Assembly (NCBI RefSeq): GCF_023276375.1
Contig: NZ_JALLPK010000001.1
Location: 3,721,391 to 3,785,390, forward strand
Direction: 5' to 3'
Source of the DNA: Halocatena marina
Lineage (GTDB): Archaea > Halobacteriota > Halobacteria > Halobacteriales > Haloarculaceae
Length of the DNA stretch: 64,000 bases
Part shown: piece after piece, positions 19,831 to 30,399 of the stretch
How the letters are laid out: every line of letters starts with the position of its first letter
Position numbering within the stretch: the first letter of the stretch is position 1
The notes under the pieces: model-generated
The model's input: the letters and a program-made list of their open reading frames with translations, nothing else
Told to the model about the DNA's origin: nothing
Database searches by the model: none
Translations under genes and position numbers: made by a program

Positions 19831-20352
19831 TTGAGTATGCGCGGGTTCCTTATTGGGCGGTTCCAGCCCTTCCATGAGGGCCACCAGACAATGGTCGAAC
19901 GAATCGCCCCAGAGGTCGACGAACTCGTTCTCGGTATCGGCAGTGCTGATCAGTCACACACGATGCGTAACCCGTTCACCCCCGGTGAGCGCATCATGAT
20001 GATCACCAAAGCCGTCTCGAAACTCGACCTCACTACCTATGCTGTTCCGATCGAGGATCTGAATCGAAATGCGGTGTGGGTGAGCCACGTTCAGAGTATG
20101 TCTCCTCATTTTGACGTAGCGTACTCGAACAATCCGCTGGTCGTACGGCTGTTCGAGGAAGCCGGGGTCGAGGTCCGGTCGACCCCAATGATCAGACGCG
20201 AAGAACTCGAAGGCTCCGAAGTCCGCGATCGAATGTGTCGAGACGAAAATTGGGAGTCACTCGTTCCTGATGCGGTCGTCGAAGTCATCGACGAGATCGA
20301 TGGTGCCAACCGACTTCGACAGGTGAGTGACTCGGATGCAAACGGAGCGTAA
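19831..20352 (+). CDS. nadM: Nicotinamide-nucleotide adenylyltransferase (archaeal NMNAT)
   Basis: MRGFLIGRFQPFHEGHQTMVERIA contains the (H/T)xGH nucleotidyltransferase motif of archaeal NMNAT, and SxT/ISAT-like GSADQSHT follows. 173 aa. Confidence 0.9.
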   Translation: MSMRGFLIGRFQPFHEGHQTMVERIAPEVDELVLGIGSADQSHTMRNPFTPGERIMMITKAVSKLDLTTYAVPIEDLNRNAVWVSHVQSMSPHFDVAYSNNPLVVRLFEEAGVEVRSTPMIRREELEGSEVRDRMCRDENWESLVPDAVVEVIDEIDGANRLRQVSDSDANGA

Positions 20353-20412
20353 TCAATCTCACTGTAGCACAACGCAGTTCGGTTTTTAGCGCTCCGATCC
20401 AAACAGACTGCC

Positions 20413-21156
20413 ATGATCACGCTCGCAACTGATTTTGGCTCTCCGTATCCGGCGGCGATGCGGGGTGTTATTCTCGGTGCCTGTGATGCTCGTATCGTCG
20501 ACATCACGCACGAGTTTCCGCGCCAGGACGTACAGACGGCTGCGTTTTGGCTCCGCGAGGTGCTCCCGTATTACCCACCAGCCGTCCACTGTGCGGTCGT
20601 CGATCCAGGTGTCGGAACTGACCGTGCTGCACTCCTCGTACGGGCAGGCGAACACCTACTTGTCGGTCCGGATAATGGTCTCCTCTTACCAGCCGCCCGT
20701 GCGCTCTCTGAACGTATCGATGTTTTTGAGTGGCAGTACGAATCCCCAGACAGCACGACATTCCACGGACGAGACGTGTTCGCACCAGCAGCAGCAGCCG
20801 TCCACGAACACAGCATCGCGGAACTCGATCGTGCGAGACCGACCGACGAGTACGTCGATCACGCGTTCCCCGAACCCGAACTCCGCGAACAGGACGTGAT
20901 CGGCACAGTCCTCGTCGTCGATGGGTTCGGAAACGTAATCACGAACATTCCCGGCACCGTTCTCGATGCGTGTAATGAATCCGTCATGGTGAACGAAGAA
21001 CGAGTGCCAGTCGAGCGGGCGTACGCCCAACTCGAACCCAACAGCCGACTCGTCACAGTCGGGAGCCACGGAAATGTCGAACTCGCCGTGAATCAGGGGC
21101 GCGGCGATAGAGCGTTCGATCTGGACACCGGTGATGCGGTCCGACTCGAATTGTGA
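20413..21156 (+). CDS. SAM hydroxide adenosyltransferase / SAM hydrolase (DUF62, fluorinase/chlorinase-like fold)
   Basis: MITLATDFGSPYPAAMRGVI...CAVVDPGVGTDR...GPDNGLL...FHGRDVFAPAAA is the DUF62 core. It is typically found adjacent to nadM in archaea. Confidence 0.85.
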   Translation: MITLATDFGSPYPAAMRGVILGACDARIVDITHEFPRQDVQTAAFWLREVLPYYPPAVHCAVVDPGVGTDRAALLVRAGEHLLVGPDNGLLLPAARALSERIDVFEWQYESPDSTTFHGRDVFAPAAAAVHEHSIAELDRARPTDEYVDHAFPEPELREQDVIGTVLVVDGFGNVITNIPGTVLDACNESVMVNEERVPVERAYAQLEPNSRLVTVGSHGNVELAVNQGRGDRAFDLDTGDAVRLEL

Positions 21157-21300
21157 GACACTGATCGAGATTCGTGTCCAACGAACGGTATCGATGATCG
21201 ACACGCTGCTCCGATTTTGTATAATGTCGTACTCACTGCTATGGGATCGTCACAGCGCCAAAAGAGTCGTAGATTGTGGGCCGTAGAGCGTACGCGCCGC

Positions 21301-22878
21301 TTAGTTGGCGGAGATAACGTCGTCGATGCGGACGATCATCGTTGCCGCTTCCGTTGCGCTCTCGATGGCTTCGCGTTTGACCGCAGCAGGGTCGAGGATG
21401 CCGGCTTCGATTGGATCAGCGACGTGGCCGGTCTGTCCCTCGGCGATGACGCCTGCTCGACCCTCTCCCTCGAAGGTCGAACGGAGGTCGACAAGCGCGT
21501 CGATTGCATCCATCCCGGCGTTCGTTGCGAGTGTGCGCGGGAGAACGTCGAGTGCGTCAGCGAATGCCTCAACAGCGAGCTGTTTGCGACCCGTGATGGA
21601 CGCGGCTTCCGTGCGGATTCCGTCCGCAATTGCGATTTCGGTCGCTCCTGCGCCGGGCACGACACTGCCTTCTTCGAGTGCGGCAGTAACGACATCGAGT
21701 CCGTCAGCCAGCGCGCGTTCGAGTTCGTCGGTGACGTGATCGGTGCCACCTCGGGCGAACACAGTGACGGCTTCTGCTTGGGCACCACCCTCGACAAACG
21801 CGAGTTCGTCCTCACCGAACTTCTCGACGCGGACGAGTTCGGCGGAGCCAAAGTCATCTTCTTCAAGATCGTCGACCGTACCGACGAGGCGAGCGCCCGT
21901 CGCACGGGAGATCGCCGATGCTTCGTCGTCGTCGACACCGTCGAATGCGAGCACACCCTCGTTTGCGAGGAACGAGGCCACACGGTCGTCAACATCGCCG
22001 GTCACGAATGCGACATCGATACCCGCATCGGTGAGCGTGTCAGCGTACTCTCGAAGTTCACCTTCCTCTGCGTCGAGTGCGGCGTTGAGCTGGTCGACGC
22101 TCGTAACGTTGTACTCGGCATCGATGCTGCTCTCGCGCACTTCAAGATCGACATCGAGCACTGCGATCGTCGCGTCTTCAACGCGTCGGGGCATATTCTC
22201 GTGGAGTGGCTCCTCTTCGGAAATGACACCCTCGACGAGTTCCGTTGCGGAGGAGGATGCTCCAGTCTGCGTGCGTACTCGAACGTTCTCACGCTCGACT
22301 CCGTCCTCACCATCGACCATCAGAATAGCCTGGACGACAGTTTCCGAGAGTGGAACTGCGCCGATGTCTCCGGTTCCCTTACCGGTCATGCTCGTGACAG
22401 CGACTCGTTCGAGGAGATCGGCGTCGATCTCGTCCTCAAGCTCCTGCTCGGCAATCGTTTCCTGTGCGATGCTCGCGGCTTCGTGGTAGCCCTCGACGAT
22501 CGCAGTCGGGTGTACATCGTCGTCAAGGAGATCTTCGGCGCGAGAAAGAAGCTCACCAGAAAGCACTGCTGCCGTCGTCGTTCCGTCGCCAACCTCTTCT
22601 TCCTGAGTGCTGGCGACTTCGACGATCATCTGTGCTGCCGGGTGATCGATGTCCATCTCCTCAAGGATGGTCGCACCGTCGTTCGTGATAACGACGTCGC
22701 CCGAATCGGAAACGAGCATTTTGTCCATCCCACGCGGACCCAGTGTCGATCGAACGGCGTTGCTCACCGCCTTCCCGGCGGCGATGTTAGACGATTGAGC
22801 GTCCTGGCCACGCGTACGTTCACTATCCTCTGCGAGAATGAACATCGGTTGACCTCGGCGCTGGGCGGATTGTGACAT
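21301..22878 (-). CDS. ths: Thermosome subunit (group II chaperonin)
   Basis: [19 protein letters not shown]...[10 protein letters not shown]...TNDGATIL...[10 protein letters not shown]... GGGAVE-type signature over the full length. Start may be MIM (22884) or MSQ (22878). Confidence 0.95.
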   Translation of the reverse strand: MSQSAQRRGQPMFILAEDSERTRGQDAQSSNIAAGKAVSNAVRSTLGPRGMDKMLVSDSGDVVITNDGATILEEMDIDHPAAQMIVEVASTQEEEVGDGTTTAAVLSGELLSRAEDLLDDDVHPTAIVEGYHEAASIAQETIAEQELEDEIDADLLERVAVTSMTGKGTGDIGAVPLSETVVQAILMVDGEDGVERENVRVRTQTGASSSATELVEGVISEEEPLHENMPRRVEDATIAVLDVDLEVRESSIDAEYNVTSVDQLNAALDAEEGELREYADTLTDAGIDVAFVTGDVDDRVASFLANEGVLAFDGVDDDEASAISRATGARLVGTVDDLEEDDFGSAELVRVEKFGEDELAFVEGGAQAEAVTVFARGGTDHVTDELERALADGLDVVTAALEEGSVVPGAGATEIAIADGIRTEAASITGRKQLAVEAFADALDVLPRTLATNAGMDAIDALVDLRSTFEGEGRAGVIAEGQTGHVADPIEAGILDPAAVKREAIESATEAATMIVRIDDVISAN

Positions 22879-23025
22879 AATCATGGAGACATGGATTGCG
22901 CTTCTATATAAAAGTTGCTGTGTTGGGATTAGGAATCGGACGACGGAGCGCCATGTCGATTGCTATCATGGACACTAACGTCGTTGTGTCGTCCGAATTG
23001 ACTATTGTTCAAAGGGGTCCGGTCG

Positions 23026-23223
23026 TTAGGATTCGGTGACTGGGATCTCGGTCGCGTTCTCCCAACTCCGTTGTGTGTGTTCTTCGATCGTTTCGTCGAC
23101 GAGAATTCCGATTTTCGCACCGATACTTGCTCCAACACTCGCGCCGACGGGTCCACCGATCGCACCGACGCTCGCGCCGATACTCGCACCCGTAATCGTT
23201 CCGCAGTTGTCTCGTCGATCCAT
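23026..23223 (-). CDS. Possible small glycine-zipper protein (GxxxG repeats); weak call
   Basis: MDRRDNCGTITGASIGASVGAIGGPVGASVGASIGAKIGILVDETIEE... The GC3 bias is only moderate and competing overlapping ORFs exist. It sits between the GT2 stop and the thermosome start. Confidence 0.2.
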   Translation of the reverse strand: MDRRDNCGTITGASIGASVGAIGGPVGASVGASIGAKIGILVDETIEEHTQRSWENATEIPVTES

Positions 23224-23254
23224 ATGTTCACATCGTCGCGGTGGCATAAGAGTC

Positions 23255-24250
23255 CTATCGTCGATCGTAGACAGTGACAGCACGGTCTGTGCGTGCTGAG
23301 AGACCACGGTGATTGCGGCGGGGTGTTCGGTCGCGGAGCCGAGCGATGAGGCTATCTTTCAATCCGACACCCACGCCTCCAGCAATATCTCGCCCGTTTG
23401 TAAGCCATTCTGACGGTCGTGTTTCGCCTCGTGCGATGGTCGGTATGCCCGAGCCAATGTCGGTAACGATGTGTCGAGCAACCCGCCAGAGCGAACGAGT
23501 GCCGTAGTTCTTCACTAATCGATAGGTGAGTGATCGGTATCGCCAGCGCCAGTCTCTCGCATCTTTCCCACCATCAGCACGGATTCCCGGCTGTGCGCCG
23601 TATTCGTCGACTTCGGGAACAGGTCCGTCGTGAGATTGTGTTTGTCGTCGAACACTCATCTCAGGTTCCCACGCCACCTCGTGTCCGAGGCGGGCAAGCC
23701 GGTGGGCGACATCCCGCGCTCCGCCGGTCGCTAGATACTCATCGAAGCCGTCGACAGCTTTGAGCGCATCTCGATGAAAAGCGACGTTTCCGCCACGAAA
23801 GTATGTCACGTGCTGGCCTGCAATAGAGCGACGTTCGACAGTTTCCGTGCTCATACCACCGCGGAGCGGTCGATGGATCGGTCCAGTAACGACTGCTGGT
23901 GATTCCGGTCCATGCCCGCTAGCGCGGTGGGCTGGTGCAACGCATTCAAACGCTCTCTGAATTGCGTCTGCCCAGCCTTCCTCGACGGCAAGCCAGTACT
24001 CGACGAACGCGAGAATGTCGCCACTCGCGCGGTCGAGACCGGCGTTCCTCGCGACGTTAATATTTCGTTCTCCGACCTCTACAAGCACGTCTACGTCGTC
24101 TCGCTGACGGATTACTCCTGTCGTCCCGTCCACGCTCGGGCCGTTGACAACGATGATTTCTGCCGATGGTACATTGGTCGATAGCGCATCGAGACACCTC
24201 ACCAGGTGCTCGCGGCCGTTGAGCGTCGGCACGACCACCGAGAGTTGCAT
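23255..24250 (-). CDS. Glycosyltransferase family 2 (GT-A)
   Basis: MQLSVVVPTLNGREHLVRCLDAL...IIVVNGPSVDGT... with a DxD-like motif in SGDILAFVEY. Confidence 0.8.
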   Translation of the reverse strand: MQLSVVVPTLNGREHLVRCLDALSTNVPSAEIIVVNGPSVDGTTGVIRQRDDVDVLVEVGERNINVARNAGLDRASGDILAFVEYWLAVEEGWADAIQRAFECVAPAHRASGHGPESPAVVTGPIHRPLRGGMSTETVERRSIAGQHVTYFRGGNVAFHRDALKAVDGFDEYLATGGARDVAHRLARLGHEVAWEPEMSVRRQTQSHDGPVPEVDEYGAQPGIRADGGKDARDWRWRYRSLTYRLVKNYGTRSLWRVARHIVTDIGSGIPTIARGETRPSEWLTNGRDIAGGVGVGLKDSLIARLRDRTPRRNHRGLSARTDRAVTVYDRR

Positions 24251-24464
24251 ACCTTTGCTACGGACCCTCGAACGATAAAAAGACGCCGTTACTCTGCTCC
24301 CGACCGAACTTCTATACTTCTGATAGGTCCCCCATAGTCACTGACTTTTCGATTATTTTCGGCTGTATATATCTATTGTAAAGATGCTAATATAACGATC
24401 GATGTATCGCCACACCGATCATGCCGTGAGAGGATAGTGACAGGGGTACTCTGTAGAGAGTGAT

Positions 24465-25172
24465 TCACACTACGCGCGTATTCCAGTACGACACCGAAGC
24501 GAGACGGTCGCCTATGGTCGTGCTACCGACTGTCGTATCTGCTTCCCGGAATGTGGATGCAATCTCGTCGGGGATCTGTCGGTAGAAACCGTATGGAAGA
24601 ATAAAATCGTGTGATTCATCGACGAGTGTGAGACTTGCGCCGCTGAGAAGGCGATTGACCTCGTTCTCGGAGTACAGTCGTGATCCCATCGGAAGCAGCC
24701 AGTTGTAGACCGTCCGTGTGCTGTAGCGGTTGAACGTATCGAAGAAGACCTGTTCCCGTGAGACTCGACTCATCTCACTCAGGAACGATGCTGGTGTGTC
24801 TGCGAGGTGGAAAAAGCGCATGGCGAACACCGAATCAAAGTAATTGTCTGGAAACGGCAACCGGGCCGCATCGCCCCGAATGAACTCGATGTGGTCTGGC
24901 ACGCCATTCTGTTGTGCCTTCTCTCGGCCTTGCTGTAGCATGGCAGCAGAGATATCGATACCGGTGACATCTGCGCCCCGTTTTGCGAGCATCGAGGTGA
25001 ATCGACCCGTCCCGCAGGCAATTTCGAGAATTCGGCGGCCTTCAACGGGCGAAAGAGCGTTGAGAACAGCCTGTTTTTCCCGTTGGTCGATGAGTCGCCC
25101 ACCCCGCGAGAACCGCTTTGTGTCGTAGTCCTCGGCAACATCGTCCGCTTGGTACCACTCCTGCCCTTTCAC
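24465..25172 (-). CDS. Class I SAM-dependent methyltransferase (Methyltransf_11/25)
   Basis: SAM motif I ILEIACGTGRFT and post-I motif VTGIDIS, followed by DHIEFIRGDAARLPFPDNYFDSVFA. The start is uncertain. I chose a GTG (VKGQEWYQADDVAEDYD) to avoid a roughly 60 nt overlap with the upstream PPOX gene. The track ORF extends to 25334. Confidence 0.7.
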   Translation of the reverse strand: MKGQEWYQADDVAEDYDTKRFSRGGRLIDQREKQAVLNALSPVEGRRILEIACGTGRFTSMLAKRGADVTGIDISAAMLQQGREKAQQNGVPDHIEFIRGDAARLPFPDNYFDSVFAMRFFHLADTPASFLSEMSRVSREQVFFDTFNRYSTRTVYNWLLPMGSRLYSENEVNRLLSGASLTLVDESHDFILPYGFYRQIPDEIASTFREADTTVGSTTIGDRLASVSYWNTRVV

Positions 25173-25254
25173 GCTACCCACAACAATCCATTCGGGAAAT
25201 AAAACGGTACTGGATTTGAGTGCAACGAGTTGACTAGTCCAACTGTGATGAAAA

Positions 25255-25659
25255 CTACGTGGTGGCGACGTTGTTGGGTGCAATCCGTAGTACAACCCGC
25301 GCGCCCTCTTCCTCATCCAATCCCGGATATTCATCGCGCCCCATGTATCGCTGAGTGAGTTCGTTGATGTGCGCTATGGCTCCTGCTTCGGTAATGTCGA
25401 CTACTTCGCCACGAACCGAGACGAATCGGTAAGGGTCCTCGGGATCGATCATGCTCACGCCAACGCTTGGGGTTCGCTGAACGTTCCGTTCTTTCTGTCG
25501 CCCCCGTTCGGTGTTGATCAGCACGTGTCCAGCGTCAGCGTCGTAGTCCACCCACACCGGTGTTACCTGTGGCGTTCCGTCTGGCATCACCGTCGAGAGG
25601 TGCGCAAACGTTTTCTTTTCGAATAGATCGTGGTACTCGTCTGGAATTGCCATACCCAC
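25255..25659 (-). CDS. Pyridoxamine 5'-phosphate oxidase family protein (PPOX class, possibly F420/FMN-binding split barrel)
   Basis: 134 aa; FAHLSTVMPDGTPQVTPVWVDYD...VLINTERGRQKERNVQRTP...RFVSVRGEV matches the PNPOx-like fold. Confidence 0.8.
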   Translation of the reverse strand: MGMAIPDEYHDLFEKKTFAHLSTVMPDGTPQVTPVWVDYDADAGHVLINTERGRQKERNVQRTPSVGVSMIDPEDPYRFVSVRGEVVDITEAGAIAHINELTQRYMGRDEYPGLDEEEGARVVLRIAPNNVATT

Positions 25660-25773
25660 TACACGCGCCCGACTGAGAAAAATGAATGGCGTCGTTTCTT
25701 CTACTCATTTCGGTCCGGATCTGTGGCGACGCTTTGACGCTGGACGCTTACCCTGATTCGGACGAACATCGCG

Positions 25774-26187
25774 TTATTCTGGACTGACGACCTCGACTTT
25801 GATCCCCGCTGGATCTTCGCAGTAGAGTGCGTAGTAGCCGCCTGCATACGGATGCTGGTCCTCGTAGAGAACAACAGAATCCGCTCGTTCGCGGATTTCC
25901 GCGGTCAGTTCGTCAACCTGTGCACGAGAATCTGCGTGGAAAGCGAGGTGGTTGAGGCCCGGAGCCTGCCGGTCGAAAGGATCATCGGAGACGTCGGCCT
26001 GTTTGATGACGATGTACGTTGGGCCATTACTCCACGAACGACCACCATCCCACTCGTTGTTTTGTTCGTAGCCGAGTTCGGTTAGCAACCACGCCCAAAA
26101 ATCAACTGACGCCGCGAGGTCAGAGGCGCACAGCTCGACATGGTGAAGTTGTCCGGTGTGTTCGAAATTGGAACGATCGTGGTTCAT
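25774..26187 (-). CDS. VOC family protein (glyoxalase/bleomycin resistance/dioxygenase fold)
   Basis: 137 aa; HHVELCASDLAASVDFWAWLLTELGY...LNHLAFHADSRAQVDEL...GGYYALYCEDPAGIKVEVV. Confidence 0.8.
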   Translation of the reverse strand: MNHDRSNFEHTGQLHHVELCASDLAASVDFWAWLLTELGYEQNNEWDGGRSWSNGPTYIVIKQADVSDDPFDRQAPGLNHLAFHADSRAQVDELTAEIRERADSVVLYEDQHPYAGGYYALYCEDPAGIKVEVVSPE

Positions 26188-26747
26188 TTACACTGCGTCG
26201 TAGATTGCGTCCACTCCTCGGAGGGTAACGGATACGCTACTTCCCACAGGTGGCCATCAGAATCTTAAACGTTCTGGAGTATCCGCCCAAACGTCCTGTG
26301 CTGATTTTACGATGCGACCACCGGCTGCTTTGGCTTGCACGAGTAGCTCTCGTGGAGAGATAGCAAGCCACGTTCCATCCAAGGGAAAAAAGCGATATCG
26401 CTGTCGTCCTCTCGGTCGCGTAGTGGGAAGCCGAGATCATCTCGGAAGGAAATTTGATTCATCGATGTCCGAGACACCGAGTGTAACAACTGAGAGCTGT
26501 GGATCCAGCCGACGAGTATATATTGAATGATGGTGAAGGTGTCTGTTCTCTCCTCTCTTGGTAGTCGGATACTATGTCGTTGAGGATGTTTGCCATCGTC
26601 AAACGATTACGTCTGTATTTGCATCGGTTGCGGCAATACCTGTCTGATATCTATGTATAAGGATAACAACCCTACATTGGAGTATTCGTATTGTTTTGTG
26701 GGGGTTATAGCGAAGATTTACAATCTCCTTCCCCCCAGAGCCGGTAT

Positions 26748-27020
26748 ATGAGTACGAATGCGGAAAACCAGCCCGTGGAAACGTTCCTCACCAACCCGGA
26801 TTTTCGTGACAGATTGCGCGAACTCCCCCCAAGTGCGAAGCTAGTGGCCAAGGTACTCGACGATGAGTCGCCTCTCTCACAAGGACAGCTCGCTCAAGAA
26901 TCACTGCTTCCCGACCGTACCGTTCGATACGCACTAAATCGACTCGAAGAAGCTGATCTCGTCAATTCCCGTTACAGCTTCCACGACGCGCGAAAACAGG
27001 TATACTTCCTCATTAAGTAG
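26748..27020 (+). CDS. Small winged-helix (MarR/TrmB-like) DNA-binding protein
   Basis: Start moved to MSTNAENQPV; about 90 aa. AKLVAKVLDDESPLSQGQLAQESLLPDRTVRYALNRLEEADLV is a wHTH recognition helix plus wing. Confidence 0.5.
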   Translation: MSTNAENQPVETFLTNPDFRDRLRELPPSAKLVAKVLDDESPLSQGQLAQESLLPDRTVRYALNRLEEADLVNSRYSFHDARKQVYFLIK

Positions 27021-27148
27021 TTCTTCGAACGCGTGTGGATATGCTACGTGACGATTCGTGACGAACTCGTGTTCTCTCTGAGTGGCCCGGCTTCGAGAGA
27101 TTCATGGGACTCACGATACTGTAGCTGTTTTTTAGATTCGCCGTCTGA

Positions 27149-27994
27149 GTGACTAGCATGAACGTGTCCCGAGTCTCCGTTCAAACTAACACACCAAGCG
27201 GGACGACAAACACCTATCTCCTTGGTAGCGATAGCGCTCTTCTTATCGACCCAGCGGCACGAAACGATGCGCTCGATGCTGCTATCGCCGCACACAGCGT
27301 CGATCATATTGCCGTCACGCATCATCATCCGGATCACATCGGTGCTGTCCACGAGTACGCTATCGAGACTGGTGCCACGGTGTGGGCAAAGCATGGGCGT
27401 GAGCGATCATTCAAATCAGCAACCGGTATCGCTCCAGACAGAACATTTCGCGGCGGAACTGCTATCGAAATTGGAAGCGAGCGAATCCACGTGCTCGAAA
27501 TACCTGGTCACACGCCCGAACACGTCGGATTCGTAGGGAATGATGGGGAACAAACACGACTCCTCGTTGGTGACCTCGCGGTGGCGACCGGGAGTGTTGC
27601 CGTCGGTGCACCGGAGGGCGATATGCGCGCGTATCTCGGCTCGCTCCGTCGCGTCCACGCCCGTGCACCAGACGTACTCGACCCCGGCCACGGTCCAGTT
27701 ATCACTACTCCGAGAACAACGATTCGTGAACTCATCGACCGTCGACTCGACCGCGAACAGCACGTTCTCACAGCCGTCGAATTGGGAGCCTCGACCGTTT
27801 CGGAAATCACCGATGCAGCCTATGAGAAAGATATCTCCTCTGTTCGCTCGCTCGCTGAGGCAACAGTGAATGCGCATATCAAAAAGCTCGCCGTCGAACA
27901 GAAGGTGAAGTGGGACGGAACGCACGCATCGTTCGACCGTCCTCGAGAAGATGATCTTTTCTCGATCGAGGAGAAGACTCGATATGGACGGTGA
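27149..27994 (+). CDS. MBL-fold metallo-hydrolase
   Basis: Zn-binding motif HHHPDHIG, and later the GHTPEH and DPGHG motifs; glyoxalase II-like N-terminal domain. Confidence 0.85.
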   Translation: MTSMNVSRVSVQTNTPSGTTNTYLLGSDSALLIDPAARNDALDAAIAAHSVDHIAVTHHHPDHIGAVHEYAIETGATVWAKHGRERSFKSATGIAPDRTFRGGTAIEIGSERIHVLEIPGHTPEHVGFVGNDGEQTRLLVGDLAVATGSVAVGAPEGDMRAYLGSLRRVHARAPDVLDPGHGPVITTPRTTIRELIDRRLDREQHVLTAVELGASTVSEITDAAYEKDISSVRSLAEATVNAHIKKLAVEQKVKWDGTHASFDRPREDDLFSIEEKTRYGR

Positions 27995-28781
27995 AGAGTT
28001 CGATGGCGTTGGCTCCGACCCCACGTCCGGCGCTTCGTCCGAACCGGAATCTGACCTCGAACGCGAGCACGAACGCGCGCTCGCACTCGATATCGAACGC
28101 CTCGCGGACGCCATCGAATCCATCGGTTTTGAGTGTACCCGTTGCGGTGCGTGTTGTACCAGTCACGGGGATGAACGAGACCAAGAACACACCGCGACCG
28201 TCTTTCCAGATGAGGTACGCACACTACAGGACTCGGAGGACGAGTGGCGCGATGTTGCCCGTCCGATTCCGTACGGCCTCAGCGAAGGACCAGACGGTCT
28301 GGAAGGTGAAACGTTCGAGTGGGCACTCCAGACGGATTCTTGTGGTGACTGTGCGTTCTATACGGAAACTGACGGGACAGGCGAGTGTACGGCACACGAG
28401 AACCGGCCGCTCATCTGCCAGACGTATCCCTTTAGCGTCGCGCTTTCGGGAACGAGCCAGCCGATGGGTGAAGTCGTTGACAGACGCTCGGTTAGCAGCC
28501 GAGCGAAGCTCGGCGACAGAGACGGATCCAGTCCTTCAAGCAGCCAAACTGTGTCCGGTGACAGTGAGGAGGTTCGTGCTCACGAGTGTGAGGGGCTCGG
28601 TCGGGAAATCAGTCGAGCAGACGCACGCTCGCTTGCAACCGCGCTGAAAGAACGCGCTGTTCGGGAACTCGAAGAAGCCATCGCCGTTCGTGATGCGTAC
28701 GAGCCAACCCGTCCCGCTAGCGGCGAAATCGTCGTCCACGATTCGGAAGGCGCGAAACATCCAGACGGTACACGACGCTGA
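27984..28781 (+). CDS. YkgJ-family zinc/iron-chelating protein (CxxCxxCC domain, UPF0153)
   Basis: Start moved to MDGEEFDG. FECTRCGACCTSHGDE, with a second Cys cluster SCGDCAFY...GECTAHENRPLICQTYPF. The start overlaps the MBL hydrolase stop, suggesting an operon. Confidence 0.6.
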   Translation: MDGEEFDGVGSDPTSGASSEPESDLEREHERALALDIERLADAIESIGFECTRCGACCTSHGDERDQEHTATVFPDEVRTLQDSEDEWRDVARPIPYGLSEGPDGLEGETFEWALQTDSCGDCAFYTETDGTGECTAHENRPLICQTYPFSVALSGTSQPMGEVVDRRSVSSRAKLGDRDGSSPSSSQTVSGDSEEVRAHECEGLGREISRADARSLATALKERAVRELEEAIAVRDAYEPTRPASGEIVVHDSEGAKHPDGTRR

Positions 28782-28837
28782 GCGAACTGCGATTCCCGTA
28801 TTGGTGTAAATTCTTCGATGCCACGGCTTGCCGGCAG

Positions 28838-29614
28838 CTACTTTCGAATTCCTCGGCTCCGGTACGAAATCGGTCCAAGTGTGAGATACGCTAGTGCGAC
28901 GACGAGTAACACGCGCGCCAGCCACTGGCCGGATGATCCCCACGCGATGACGACGGTCTGTACGGTCCCCACTCCGAGCGCATCGCGTGCGCACAAACCG
29001 GGGTAGGGTATTTGAGCGAGCATTAGATACGTTAGCGCGGCGGCCTCAACCAGCAGCAGGGTCGCACTGTCGAAGCCAGCGAGATACGTCAGAGTGAGAA
29101 CCGTCGCCGCGAGCGTGTTCGGAACTCCCGGACGAAATTCATCTGACTCATACACCATGTACATCGTCGTGCGAAGAAGCGCCGCTACCACGAACGCCGT
29201 CGTGATCGCTATGGTAAGCACAACCCGTTCGGTCGGATCTGGTATCGAACTCCATCCCCACTCCGTGCGCGCAACGGTGTAAACAAACAGGCCTGGCGCG
29301 ACACCGAATGAGACGATATCTGCGAGCGAATCGAGCAGTTCACCGATTTCCGAACTGGTACTTATCCGAGCCAGCACGCCGTCTAACCCATCGGCGATCA
29401 CCCCGAGAAGAATGAGCCGCGCTGCCAAGCCTAACTCTCCTCCCGACCCTGTCTCTACAGATATCACGACGATTGCGAGAAATCCAAACATGACGTTCGC
29501 TATCGTCACTATGTCGGGAAGTTCGAGCCGCCTAACTGGATGCTGGCGCACGTTTGTGCCCGCGAGACAGTCGACAATATACCTTCCGTTGCTTCCTATG
29601 AAAGTGATACCCAA
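28838..29614 (-). CDS. CDP-alcohol phosphatidyltransferase family protein (archaetidylserine/archaetidylinositol-phosphate synthase-like)
   Basis: Signature D-G-x2-A-R-x8-G-x3-D-x3-D is present in DGLDGVLARISTSSEIGELLDSLADIVSFGVAPG. Polytopic membrane protein. The start codon choice is uncertain. Confidence 0.8.
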   Translation of the reverse strand: MGITFIGSNGRYIVDCLAGTNVRQHPVRRLELPDIVTIANVMFGFLAIVVISVETGSGGELGLAARLILLGVIADGLDGVLARISTSSEIGELLDSLADIVSFGVAPGLFVYTVARTEWGWSSIPDPTERVVLTIAITTAFVVAALLRTTMYMVYESDEFRPGVPNTLAATVLTLTYLAGFDSATLLLVEAAALTYLMLAQIPYPGLCARDALGVGTVQTVVIAWGSSGQWLARVLLVVALAYLTLGPISYRSRGIRK

Positions 29615-29713
29615 TCAATCCAGGTTCGTTCCATCTCAGAAAAACGATCGATGTCGTTCTGAGGCGATACATTCTTTACCCCGTGCCCGTGACATCGCGT
29701 TCAGAGGTCTATC

Positions 29714-30106
29714 ATGGAAATCTCAGAAAAGCTCCTGTGTCTGTTTAGTGCTGAGGTGTCCGCTAGTGGGGACACCTACACCGTCGAAATCCCGCGGCGC
29801 GAGATCGAAACTGGATCTATCGACCCCGGTGAAACCTACCGTGTCGCACTCATCTCGGCCAGTGATGACTCCCCTTCGCCTTCAACTTCCACTCCTGATC
29901 AGGTCACGGGACAACCACAACCACCGGTCGAAGGCGGAGAAATCCGGTACGTCGAAATAGAAGATCTCGGAAAGCAGGGCGATGGTATCGCTCGTGTCGA
30001 ACGCGGCTACGTCATCATCGTTCCAGATTCAGAGGTCGGCGAGCGCGTCAAGGTCGAAATCACTGAAGTGAAATCCAATTTTGCTGTTGGAGAGATCATC
30101 GAGTAA
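29714..30106 (+). CDS. TRAM domain-containing protein
   Basis: The C-terminal 60 aa (VEIEDLGKQGDGIARVERGYVIIVPDSEVGERVKVEITEVKSNFAVGEII) are a canonical TRAM OB-fold. A low-complexity Pro/Ser/Thr linker precedes it. Confidence 0.8.
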   Translation: MEISEKLLCLFSAEVSASGDTYTVEIPRREIETGSIDPGETYRVALISASDDSPSPSTSTPDQVTGQPQPPVEGGEIRYVEIEDLGKQGDGIARVERGYVIIVPDSEVGERVKVEITEVKSNFAVGEIIE

Positions 30107-30399
30107 GTAATCTCTCCTTACTTCCCTCCTCCGTCGCGGATCGAATCACTTTGAGAGAATGTTCAGAAACATCTCTTATTATCTTATCCTACTAAATTGA
30201 CCGCCAGTTCTTCGGTACTCGGGGAGATAATCGGTCTTGTGTCGATATAAAGCAACCGACATTTCTTCGGTAATCTCGTGTTACCCGCGTGTACCAACCC
30301 CCCGGCCATAGCTCCTTCTATACGACGGTAGAGGTGGAGAAATCGCATGAGGGAAGCGTGTTACCCCACTGTACCAAACCCACTATATGCCGTTCGGCC

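Noticed and set aside
21217-22875. 552 aa + strand ORF
   Set aside because: It is the antisense shadow of the thermosome gene, which has unmistakable chaperonin motifs. High-GC genomes generate long stop-free antisense frames.
22929-23231. 100 aa - strand ORF between the thermosome and GT2 genes
   Set aside because: Arg/Ser-rich and overlapping several alternative frames. The glycine-zipper ORF in the same region is only marginally better and is reported at low confidence.
27416-28123. 235 aa - strand ORF
   Set aside because: Antisense of the MBL-hydrolase and YkgJ genes.
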